Shown: positions 54,901 to 64,000 of the stretch, one piece after another
Numbering within the stretch: position 1 is the stretch's first letter
How the letters are laid out: every line of letters starts with the position of its first letter
Origin: Macrostomum hystrix
Lineage: Eukaryota; Animalia; Platyhelminthes
Reading direction: 5' to 3'
NCBI GenBank assembly: GCA_950097015.1
Contig: CATNEN010000029.1
Location: 682,001-746,000, forward strand
DNA length: 64,000 nt
Notes under the pieces: generated by a model
Seen by the model: the letters and a program-made list of their open reading frames with translations, nothing else
What the model was told of the DNA's origin: nothing
The model's database searches: none
Translations under genes and position numbers: made by a program

Positions 54901-57900
54901 CTCGCTATCGATTGGCTGGCCTGCTTGTGAACGGGCTGCGGTAAGGACGGGAACAAAGCTGGAAAAGCTCGAGATTATTCAATGGCTCTGGCCGAAGGTC
55001 AGATTTTTCCCATAAGCGTACACCCCTATAAACGAATTTGCACTGCGCCTCAGTGCGGCCTTGCCAAGCCTTCAATATGTATCAGCATGTCACCCGAATG
55101 TGCCTGCATCATCTCCGTCTTCGGTGGTCACCTACCTTTATCTAGACGGACTGCTGGACCTTCAAGGGCTACAATTGGACTACAGGTGGAACTAGGCCAC
55201 TATGGACACATTGACGCGAATTTCTCCAATTTCACTGATCAAGACTAAATATTAGGCGCAGCTCAACAGGACACCATCGCCTAGTCTGTAAACCAATCAG
55301 TCACCACCCAAATGCTGTTAGCATTCAGACGCTGCCAAAAAGACCTTTAACAGTTGGACTACCAAGCCATTTTGCCGCCCGTTTTTATACCTAGTATGGG
55401 AATTACCCCCCACCCCAAAACCAACCAACAACCAACCTCATTTCTCACCAACTTCATATCAACCTCGGTTCTAGATTCATGTTATTCAAAGAATAAACCT
55501 GCTTTTGCTTTCAAAAGCAGGTTAAAAAAGCTGGAAGATTCAAAAGCTAGAAGGTAAAAAAAAAGTTGGAAGATTCAAAAGCTGGAAGGTTAAAAAAGCT
55601 GGAATGTTAAAAAAGCTGGAAGGTTAAAAAAAGTTGGAAGATTCAAAAGCTGGAAGATTCAAAAGCTGGAAGGTTAAAAAAGCTGGAAGGTTAAAAAAGC
55701 TGGAAGGTTAAAAAAGCTGGAAGGTTAAAAAAGCTGGAAGGTTAAAAAAGCTGGAAGGTTAAAAAAAGTTGGAAGGTTAAAAAAGCTGGAAGGTTAAAAA
55801 GCTGGAAGGTTAAAAAAGGTTAAAAAAAGCTGGAAGGTTAAAAAAGCTGGAAGGTTAAAAAAGCTGGAAGGTTAAAAAAGCTGGAAGGTTAAAAAAGCTG
55901 GAAGATTCAAAAGCTAGAAGGTTTGAAAGCAAGGAAGCTGAACTTATGAAAAGTTATATCCTAAAAACAAAACTGTCAAAATTTGTGAATTTTGAATTCT
56001 GTTCTTTCAAAGGTTAACCTTTTCAAATTGGGATAATTTTTAAAGTTAGAAAGATTTTAACTTTCTTAAACTTTTAAGACAGTCTGAAAAGATGAAAATC
56101 TTAACGATTTGTCCGCAGCTACTAAACTCTCGCGTTAAGGAACTATTTTTAGCTCGCAGATCGCCTTATCTATGGTCCAAACTTCCTGGTCAGGCTAATC
56201 CATGTTCTAAATATTGTAAAATAGAGAACTTTTAAATTGACACTGCCGGTCTCCAAGTCTCAGTGTTTAAAAATGAATATTCATGACTAAATCAGTTGTG
56301 TAGATATATGCAGCATTGACGCCGAATAAAAGGAGGCTTCAATGCCCGTCGATCTGTTAAAGGCGTCGGAGGACGCGCCGCGGAAGAAGATCCAAGTGTT
56401 CGCTCCGGAGTCGCCACTGACGGATCTGGTCTGCTGCGCCAGCCTTCAAGTTCAAATGGCTGCGCGCATCTACTCCAAGTTAGTGGGTAACGCCATAGAC
56501 ATCTTCGACCTGGCCAAAGTCGGTCCGGCACCGGGACTGCAGCACGAATACGAAGAGGAGCAGCGTGATGTTGTGCCCGACGTCATGTTCGACTGTTCGG
56601 AGAGTCTCAGCGATGACTCGTCGATTGGCTTAGATGTCGGCACCGATTGTGGGCCCGTCTGGACGGAGCTTGCCATCGTGGCCGAGCTCGACGACTCCAG
56701 TCAGGAAGATGACGGCACGACTATCTCGGTGGGCTCCTTGCTGGCCGACCACAAGAGTCGGGCTACTGGCTTGTCGGCAGACACCCGCACGCTGTCGCCG
56801 CGAGAAACCTGTGCCCAGGACATTGACCTGACAGCCGAGATTGGGAAGGCCGTGTATGTCAGCATGCTGAAGTCAATCAGCAGTACGGCTGTGTTGACAC
56901 TGCATTCAAAGAAGCAGACAATGCTAGGCGCCAGCAGGGTTGCAAACTCTTTTCTTAATTTCGACAGCCAGCTCTGTGACGACGCCGTACTTCAGGAGCT
57001 GTTGAATTTAAACATCTGAGCCTTACCAAAGCACTTTGACGAGTAATTTAATTTCTGCTGCTGCATTTTCGCTATTTAAACAAATATAGGCTGGACTCGA
57101 CGACACAGCATATTTGAGAATTACCTGCTTAGCCACAGGATGTGTTCGGGCTAGATTAGCAATCCACTCTATTCATTTCTCTATTGATAGAGAATAGATT
57201 AGCAATCCAGGTAAAGTTGCTCGCTTTGCAAGTAGAATAAAGAGAAATGCGAAAATCAACATACAATATTCTATTTAATTAAAAAAACGACGCGTTTCGC
57301 ACAACAGTGTGCATCTTCAGGTTTATTTAGAACGAAAGTGAACGAGTAGAGATTGCGAGTGAATAACAATTCCTAAATTCCTAAGTGAATAACAAGTGGC
57401 CTGCGCAACTGGTTTTGAGGTAAATGTACTTTTGCAGCCCGTCTGTTTGTTAGATTTGCGTTTGAGCGAGGTGGTGTTCGTCTGAGAGTCACGGGCGAAT
57501 CGACCCTGTTTTTCTATCCCCTTGCACCCACCCCTATCGATCGATTGCATGCGTACATTTAAACATTTAAAATCAGACCCCACACACGTCAAGCTGAAGG
57601 CTAAATATAATACTATTGCCTTGGAGTTAAGTGTTGAGGTTGGGGGTATGAGCTTTAATGTACCAGGCTTCAAGAATCAAGGGCGAATTGATCATTGACT
57701 TTGAAGCGAACTTCCTGGTTTGCAGTTGGAGCAACTATTGCATCCTAAGAGATGGCTTTGGATAGCCGACGGTTTCAGCCAGTGCTCCCTGATTCTAGTG
57801 TACAGGTGCCTTTTAGTTTTGCATTATGCTCTACACACTCTACTGTCAGTAGGCGCAAAGCATGCGCTCGACACGAATCGCGCGCCACTTTTCAACCGAA

Positions 57901-60900
57901 TAAGACCCGGGTATTCCCGCAGCATCACGTCGGTGTCCAGCGCCGCTGGCGCCACCCGCAGTCCGTCCAGCTCCGCGTCCGAAGCCGGCCCTGGAGGCCA
58001 TGGCGAATCGGAGCGCCTGGCCATCCGCATCCTTCAAATTCTGCGCGCGTTTATTCACAACGAGGAGCGACGGCTGCCAGAGGACTGGGAGGTGCGCATG
58101 TCCGAGTTACGGGTCAAACGGTGAGCTGCGGGTGCCTTTCTGTGCTGGGATTTGAGGGCTGGGATTTGAGGGTTTGGGATTTGAGGGTTGGGATTCGAGG
58201 GTTTGGATTTGAGGGTTTGGATTTGAGGGTTGGGATTTGAGGGTTTGGATTTGAGGGTTGGGATTCGAGGGTTTGGATTTGAGGGTTGAGATTCGAGGGT
58301 TGGGATTTGAGGGTTGAGATTTGAGGGTTGGGATTTGAGGGTCGGGATTTGAGGCACGGGATTTGAGGCACGGGATTTGAGGCACGGGATTTGAGGCACG
58401 GGATTTGAGGGTTGGGATTTGAGGGTTGGGATTCGAGGGTTGGGTTTTGAGGAATGGGTTTTGAGGGTTGGGATTTGAGGGTCGGGATTTGAGGGTTGGG
58501 ATTTGAGGGTTGGGATTTGAGGGTTGGGTTTCGGGGAATATCTTTTGTCGAATGGTTTTTATAATTGTTTTAAAAATATGGGTTTTAAAGAATGGGTTTT
58601 GTGGGATTGTTTTGAGAAATGGGTTTTGAAGGATGGGTTTTGAGGGATGGGTTTTGAGGAATGGGGTTGGAGTGGTGGGTTGGTAGGACTGATTTTTAGA
58701 GACACATGTCTTGTCGGGTTGTGTGTGGAGGCTGTACAGGCTGCATATGCTTGAGTCTCAGCCCACAGTCTCAAAGCCAACTATTTCTCATTCAATTTTC
58801 CATTTCTCAGCGGTCTGAGAAACATCGCCGAGATTCAAAACACGCTGAACTCATTCGATTTGATGAAGCACGCTCTGCCTCACCTGGCCTCCACTAGCGG
58901 CCTGGTTGCCAAGGAGGTCCTGTCCTTGCTGGCCATTATGCTGTTCAACGCTAATGAGAAAGTTCAGGTGACTAAAAAGTCTATAATTTGACAATAGCCT
59001 TTCACCCAAACCCTGAAACTAAGCATTTTCTGAATAATTTCGCTTCGACCACTGCAGGAAAGCATGCTAAAGTACTTCCTGCACACCAAAGAAGAGGTCT
59101 TCTTCTTTGCCGTCCGCAACCGACTTCAGATGTCAACGGCGAATATCAAAGAGAAGCGCCTGCTCATCTCGCAGCAGCGGGCGAGGCAGATGGACGCCTG
59201 CAGCCAAGCTGACAACCTGCGGACCACCATGACTCTGGGAGTGAAGGCGCTGCAGGTGAGTGAGCATGAGTGAGCAGTTGAGCGAGTACATGAGTGAGTG
59301 CATGAGTGAGTACATGAGTGAGTACATGAGTGAGTACATGAGTGAGTACATGAGTGAGTACATGAGTGAGTACATGAGTGAGTACATGAGTGAGTGCATG
59401 AGTGAGTACATTAGTGAGTACATGAGTGAGTACATGAGTGAGTACATGAGTGAGTACATGAGTGAGTACATGAGTGAGTACATGAGTGAGTACATGAGTG
59501 AGTACATGAGTGAGTACATTAGTGGGTACATGAGTGAGTGCATGAGTGAGTACATGAGTGAGTGCATGAGTGAGTGCATGAGTGAGTACATTAGTGAGTA
59601 CATAAGTGAGTGCATGAGTGAGTACATGAGTGAGTGCATGAGTGAGTACATGAGTGAGTGCATGAGTGAGTACATGAGTGAGTGCATGAGTGAGTACATT
59701 AGTGAGTACATAAGTGAGTGCATGAGTGAGTACATGAGTGAGTACATGAGTGAGTGCATGAGTGAGTACATGAGTGAGTACATGACCAATTCGATGAAAC
59801 CAGGCCTCTTTAAACAAATCAGAAAGCAATTATCTAAAATTGCAGCAAATCCAGCAGTACCACATTGAGATGAAGATTGATCAAGCTAACAGCGATCTTA
59901 CTGTGAGTATTTCTTGTGTTATTTTAATATAAAATACCAATGCTGCAATAGCAAATGAAACTGTTGAATTAAAACAAATATTTAACTTCATTTGAATCAA
60001 CTGACAGCAAGCAATGGTAATATTGCGTGTTTAAAATACAATAAATTTATTTTCATTATTTATAAGTTTGTACCGTTATATACGACCTGACTTAAAAACT
60101 CATGTTTATTACGTCACGCCATGAATAACAATTTGTTCACTGTCTGAAAATAATTTTCGTGCATTTTCGTAGTCACAATTAATTATTTAAAATACTATTA
60201 TAAAAACATCATCACGTGTACTTAAATTTATAAGTTTATTGATTTGCTGTTAGTTCGATTTTTCTAAGAACAAAAGTTGATTCTGATTTATTTCTTCAGA
60301 GCAATGGAAAACTGATGGTAAATGGTCCTTAGTATTGCATGTTGCTTTTCCAAAGCAGAACGAAGTAGAACACTTAGCAACTTACCCATTAAACTCTGCT
60401 TAAGTTAAGCAATATTAACAAATAATTAGTTCCTTAGCATTAGCCATAACCTGTTTTTTTCCAGTAGCAAATTAAAAAGCTTTCCCATGAATATTCCTAT
60501 TTAGAATTTCGCGAATGGGAAGTGTACAATGCTCAATAAGCGTACGCAATCTAATACACTACTGATATATCTCGTATAAATTTTTGCCCCGATTTGCACC
60601 TATTCGTTCACTACTATTGAGCTACCAAAGCATCATCTGTTTGCGGGAAACTGTTTTATGCAAAAAATGCTCTACTCGCCTACTCGTCAGTAGTGTAGTT
60701 CGCGCGCAAAGCCTGATTAAATAAGTTATTCCGCTTTTAAAACAAAATGTCCAACGCAGCGCCGAGTCAGCCTCACCCAGATGCAATCGGCCTCCATCAC
60801 CAAGAAGAAGAAGAACGGCAACGGCAGATCGGACAACGACGGCGTCCATGGCAACAAAAACTCGACAGTCTCCAAGGGGCCCGTCGGTGCCGACCTTGGC

Positions 60901-63451
60901 CGGCGGGTGGCCCTCGCCAACGGAGTCGCACGTGGCGAGAAGGACGCCTCCAGCGGCTTGTTAAAAGGCGGCGAAGACGTTGGCAGAGATGTGAGAATCG
61001 AGTGTCTAGCACAATTAATTGAACTCTCACTCTCTGACACCCCGAATCTCTCACTTTTTGACACATTTTGTTTCGCCTCAGAACCTGACTCTGACACCCT
61101 GACTCTGACACCCTGACTCTGACACCCTGAATCTGACACCCTGAATCTGACACCCTGAATCTGACATCCTGAATCTGACACCCTGACTCTAACACCCTGA
61201 ATCTGACACCCTGAATCTGACACCCTGAATCTGACATCCTGAATCTGACACCCTGAATCTAACACCCTGAATCTAAAACCCTAAATCTGACATCCTAAAT
61301 CTGACACCCTGACTCTGACACCCTGAATCTGAAACCCTGAATCTGACACCCTGAATCTGACACCCTGACTCTGACACCCTGAATCTGAAACCCTGAATCT
61401 GAAACCCTGAATCTGACACCCTGAATCTGACACCCTGAATCTGACACCCTGAATCTGACACCCTGAATCTGACACCCTGAATCTGACACCCTGAATCTGA
61501 AACCCTGAATCTGAAACCCTAAATCTGACATCCTGAATCTGACACCCTGACTCTGACACCCTGAATCTGACACCCTGACTCTAACACCCAGAATCTGACA
61601 CCCTGACTCTGACACCCTGACTCTAACACCCAGAATCTGACACCCTGACTCTGACACCCTGAATCTGACACCCTGAATCTGACATCCTGAATCTGACATC
61701 CTGAATCTGACACCCTGAATCTGGCATCCTGAATCTGACACCCTGACTCTGACACCCTGAATCTGACACCCTGACTCTAACATCCTGAATCTGACACCCT
61801 GAATCTGACACCCTGACTCTAACATCCTGAGTCTGAAACCCTGAATCTGAAACCCTAAATCTGACATCCTTAATCTGACACCCTGACTCTGACACCCTGA
61901 ATCTGACACCCTGACACTGACACCCTGAATCTGACACCCTGACTCTGACACCCTGAATCTGACACCCTGACACTGACACCCTGAATCTGACACCCTGACT
62001 CTGACACCCTGAATCTGACACCCTGAATCTGACACCCTGAATCTGACACCCTGAATCTGACACCCTGACTCTGACACCCTGAATCTGACACCCTGACTCT
62101 AACATCCTGAATCTGACACCCTGAATCTGACACTCTGACTCTAACATCCTGAATCTGACACCCTGAATCTGACACCCTGACTCTGACACCCTGAATCTGA
62201 CATCTAGTACCAAACCACGAACTAGCAGGACAGAGACCACACAGACGGTTACGAGCAGGAGCTTGAGAAGATCTCAATGAAAGACGACGGCTACATCGGC
62301 CTGGTGCTGAAGGTTCTGGCTCGAATCTGCGACGGTCAGCACAAGGGCCTGCAGAATTACCTTCGCGAACAGCCGGACAACATCAAGTCTTTCAATCTAG
62401 TTGCCGAAGTCTCACAGTTTATCAATGTGGCTTATTCCAACATCAATAGCGATACCATTGAGCTGCTCATACAGCTGTTCTCCTCCGTCAATGAGTTCTG
62501 CGCTGTGAGTTCATACATGGCTATGTAATATAAATATCACCTATTGAACATTGCAAACAAACAACTGGATTCTGTCATTCAATATTCCATTTAGGGCAAC
62601 CAAGAAAACAGGGCGACAGTCTACGATAACAAAATCATCGACTACATCAATTTCATTTTGCGGACGTCTGATTTTGATAACTGCGAGCTGGAACAGATTC
62701 TTAGCATGCGCCAGGCCATAGCCAACTTGCTGATGTCACTCATTGAGGAGAACTCGCCTGAGGCTGTCGTGATTGGTCGAGAGGTCAAGGACACTCTGGA
62801 CAAAGAGGCTCTGTACAGGGTCATGACAGAGTGCTACGAGTATTACCAGAGAGACAATTCTGGCAAGGACGGCTGGCTGAGACGGCTCATGGTGAGCTGC
62901 TGGCTGATATCTGTGGACTGTGCAGTCTGATATCTGTGGATTGTGCAGTCTGATATCTGTGGACTGTGCAGTCTGATATCTGTGGACTGTGCAGTCTGAT
63001 ATCTGTGGATTGTGCAGTCTGATATCTGTGGACTGTGCTGTCTGATATCTGTGGACTGTGCAGTCTGATATCTGTGGACTGTGCTGTCTGATATCTGTGG
63101 ACTGTGCTGTCTGATATCTGTGGACTGTGCAGTCTGATATCTGTGGACTGTGCTGTCTGATATCTGTGGACTGTGCAGTCTGATATCTGTGGACTGTGCA
63201 GTCTGATATCTGTGGACTGTGCAGTCTGATATCTGTGGACTGTGCAGTCTGATATCTGTGGACTGTATGCAGTCTGATATCTGTGGACTGTGCAGTCGGA
63301 TATCTGTGGACTGTGTTCACGCATTCCTCACGCACTTTGTAGAAGAATGACGACAACAAGGAACTGAGAGAGGCAATTTTTGATGTTGGCTTCTCATTTT
63401 ACACCATTCTGGCCCGGCTTTACGATATTGATCCCACAATGGGAAAGAAGG
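33966..63451 (+). CDS. ITPR: Divergent inositol 1,4,5-trisphosphate receptor-family Ca2+ release channel (IP3R-like); 3' part with the channel domain lies beyond the window
   Basis: Phase-consistent exons: 33966-34114, 35224-35297, 35530-35870, 35957-36034, 36197-36277, 36360-36466, 36563-36650, 37796-37883, 37974-38315, 39116-39204, 39273-39398, 40003-40134, 41278-41463, 42900-43022, 43153-43257, 43460-43651, 43992-44124, 44233-44351, 45167-45425, 45506-45660, 45750-45865, 45959-46061, 46498-46810, 48639-49098, 49911-50183, 52740-52859, 52991-53074, 53750-54029, 54108-54179, 54600-54729, 54802-54940, [junction unresolved], 57850-58120, 58811-58967, 59058-59255, 59846-59902, (60300-60317), 60760-60990, 62229-62504, 62595-62891, 63343-63451. 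IP3R hallmarks: GFVCIGDYIGLF, GKRVRYGEIIQLKH, MIR repeats (TWDQQFRFRHATTRKYL, ARIEHVITGCWLH), KQKLLRNL, SRKNALYF, RIH (LVDLLATCAEGEN) and RIH-associated (RICDGQHKGLQNYLREQPDNIKSFNLVAE) segments. Confidence 0.9.
34485..35143 (+). repeat. 14 bp minisatellite (tagtctcactctca) in ITPR intron 1
   Basis: About 47 copies. Confidence 0.93.
36058..36122 (-). mobile_element. tRNA-derived SINE-like fragment in a short ITPR intron; related copy at about 50310-50365 (+)
   Basis: Reverse complement tacctctatggttaaagtttcggactcatatccaagaggtcgggagttcgaatctcagcc has a B-box. The 50310 copy shares agtttcggact...gaggtcgggagttcgaatc. No acceptor stem. Confidence 0.55.
36664..37735 (+). repeat. 46 bp minisatellite (gaatctgattggctgtgtcttcactgcagcagtttgagtgaggcta) in ITPR intron 7
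   Basis: About 23 copies starting about 14 nt after the donor. Confidence 0.95.
38380..39000 (+). repeat. 21 bp minisatellite (aacccacaagattgggtgtct) in ITPR intron 9
   Basis: About 29 copies with an ACCCA-n6-TGGGT dyad. Confidence 0.93.
39430..39760 (+). repeat. 16 bp minisatellite (aaattgagtacagtta) in ITPR intron 11
   Basis: About 20 copies. Confidence 0.9.
40140..41000 (+). repeat. 31 bp minisatellite (gctcatgggctataactgtctgggtcattgt) in ITPR intron 12
   Basis: About 28 copies starting 5 nt after the donor. Confidence 0.95.
41490..41680 (+). repeat. 21 bp minisatellite (cacaggtgatagtgccagaca) in ITPR intron 13
   Basis: About 9 copies. Confidence 0.9.
42294..43960. repeat. Inverted pair of a 16 bp minisatellite: (gtactcacgtactaaa)n at about 42294-42555 and its reverse complement (tttagtacgtgagtac)n at about 43846-43960
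   Basis: Units are exact reverse complements; they bracket ITPR exons 42900-43651. Confidence 0.9.
46920..52272. repeat. Dispersed 17 bp CCACCTCACTCC-core minisatellite family: C-rich arrays at 46920-47222, 48172-48480 and 51672-52272; G-rich (inverted) array at 49245-49842; degenerate copies at about 50400 and 54240-54560
   Basis: Shared core ccacctcactcc / ggagtgaggtgg read directly. Confidence 0.9.
47355..47444 (+). pseudogene. Duplicated fragment of the ITPR exon that starts at 48639 (46 nt identical) fused to intronic sequence; possible cryptic exon 47364-47444
   Basis: cgtcctcagcgttgtattcgacatcctgtcaactgagacggacgtc occurs at both 47355 and 48640. Upstream introns are homologous but diverged. 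Confidence 0.75.
53120..53720 (+). repeat. 35 bp palindromic minisatellite (cacactgtggagtagtcacagtctccacaatagtc) in an ITPR intron
   Basis: About 17 copies; TGTGGAG-n10-CTCCACA stem; no spacers. Confidence 0.92.
55525..55920 (+). repeat. About 18 bp A-rich minisatellite (aaaaaagctggaaggtta)
   Basis: About 22 copies. Confidence 0.88.
56342..57019 (+). CDS. Uninterrupted 225-aa acidic ORF of unknown function inside the ITPR locus (nested gene or unannotated ITPR exon)
   Basis: True ATG to TGA; GC-rich and non-repetitive, with the C/G-ending codon bias of the real exons; TATA-like tatat at about 56305; aataaa at about 57235. No recognisable domain. Confidence 0.45.
   Translation: MPVDLLKASEDAPRKKIQVFAPESPLTDLVCCASLQVQMAARIYSKLVGNAIDIFDLAKVGPAPGLQHEYEEEQRDVVPDVMFDCSESLSDDSSIGLDVGTDCGPVWTELAIVAELDDSSQEDDGTTISVGSLLADHKSRATGLSADTRTLSPRETCAQDIDLTAEIGKAVYVSMLKSISSTAVLTLHSKKQTMLGASRVANSFLNFDSQLCDDAVLQELLNLNI
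58145..58530 (+). repeat. 14 bp minisatellite (gggatttgagggtt)
   Basis: About 27 copies. Confidence 0.9.
59256..59783 (+). repeat. 12 bp minisatellite (gagtgagtacat) beginning at the ITPR 5' splice site
   Basis: About 43 copies, nearly all containing GTGAGT. Confidence 0.94.
61085..62205 (+). repeat. 14 bp minisatellite (ctgaatctgacacc)
   Basis: About 80 copies ending about 20 nt before the acceptor. Confidence 0.94.
62905..63315 (+). repeat. 23 bp minisatellite (tgatatctgtggactgtgcagtc)
   Basis: About 18 copies occupying almost the whole intron. Confidence 0.93.
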
Positions 63452-63704
63452 GTGAGCGAATTGATCTGATGACAAATTTAAGTAGTTTTTATTGGACCGT
63501 TGATTATCCATTCACTAATCACAAACTTATTTTTGTTGCTAGTACTAAGCACCATTATTAAGCGATAACAAGACAGCCGTTGGTTACTCGACCAATTTTG
63601 ATTTCCAGACACAGAACAATATGGACGAGGTAGGCAAGCCTCTTCCCTTCATCATCTGCTCTGCCTACTTCGTTGTTTTTTTTTAAAAAACTCAAACAGT
63701 TCAG

Positions 63705-64000
63705 AGACCTGTCAAACAGGTTAGGGGACTTGTCTAACAGGTTAGGGGACTTGTCTAACAGGTTAGGGGACTTGTCTAACAGGTTAGGGGACTTGTCTAA
63801 CAGGTTAGGGGACTTGTCTAACAGGTTAGGGGACTTGTCTAACAGGTTAGGGGACTTGTCTAACAGGTTAGGGGACTTGTCTAACAGGTTAGGGGACTTG
63901 TCTAACAGGTTAGGGGACTTGTCTAACAGGTTAGGGGACTTGTCTAACAGGTTAAGGGACTTGTCTAACAGGTTAGGGACTTGTCTAACAGGTTAGGGGA
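63705..64000 (+). repeat. 21 bp minisatellite (aacaggttaggggacttgtct) running off the window end
   Basis: About 14 identical copies. Confidence 0.93.

Noticed and set aside
55054-55190. Possible ITPR exon (AALPSLQYV...LDYR)
   Set aside because: Phase 2-2 with a weak gtggaa donor; does not resolve the frame to 57850 and shows no IP3R similarity
63550-63629. Further small ITPR exons (63550-63578, 63609-63629)
   Set aside because: Splice signals exist, but the phases or the 30-nt intron length conflict; cannot be resolved without downstream sequence
63705-64000. Telomeric sequence (TTAGGG inside the unit)
   Set aside because: One hexamer per 21 bp unit inside an ITPR intron; not a (TTAGGG)n tract

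Overview
Eukaryotic (metazoan) genomic DNA with short GT-AG exons. By rough tally 40-45% of the window is about 35 different minisatellite arrays (12-50 bp units) that fill most introns and spacers. This style suggests a free-living flatworm such as Macrostomum, which is an inference and was not verified. Most long ORFs in the supplied track are repeat artefacts, so gene models were rebuilt by hand from splice sites and phases. From left to right the window holds: (1) the last exon of a klumpfuss/EGR-WT1-like C2H2 zinc-finger gene; (2) a complete 6-coding-exon AMPK alpha gene; (3) a head-to-head pair of orphan secreted 8-Cys proteins whose promoters and signal-peptide exons are nearly identical but whose mature parts are only about 65% identical, with an intron minisatellite built from the 3' splice site itself; (4) a 6-exon orphan GPI-anchored glycoprotein; (5) about 40 exons (about 2,200 codons, channel domain beyond the window) of a divergent IP3-receptor-family Ca2+ channel with a partly degenerate IP3-binding site. 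The IP3R gene also contains a nested 225-aa ORF, a duplicated cryptic exon, a candidate microexon and inverted minisatellite pairs that bracket exons. No prokaryotic features, CRISPR array or intact transposase were seen. Repeat boundaries are approximate.
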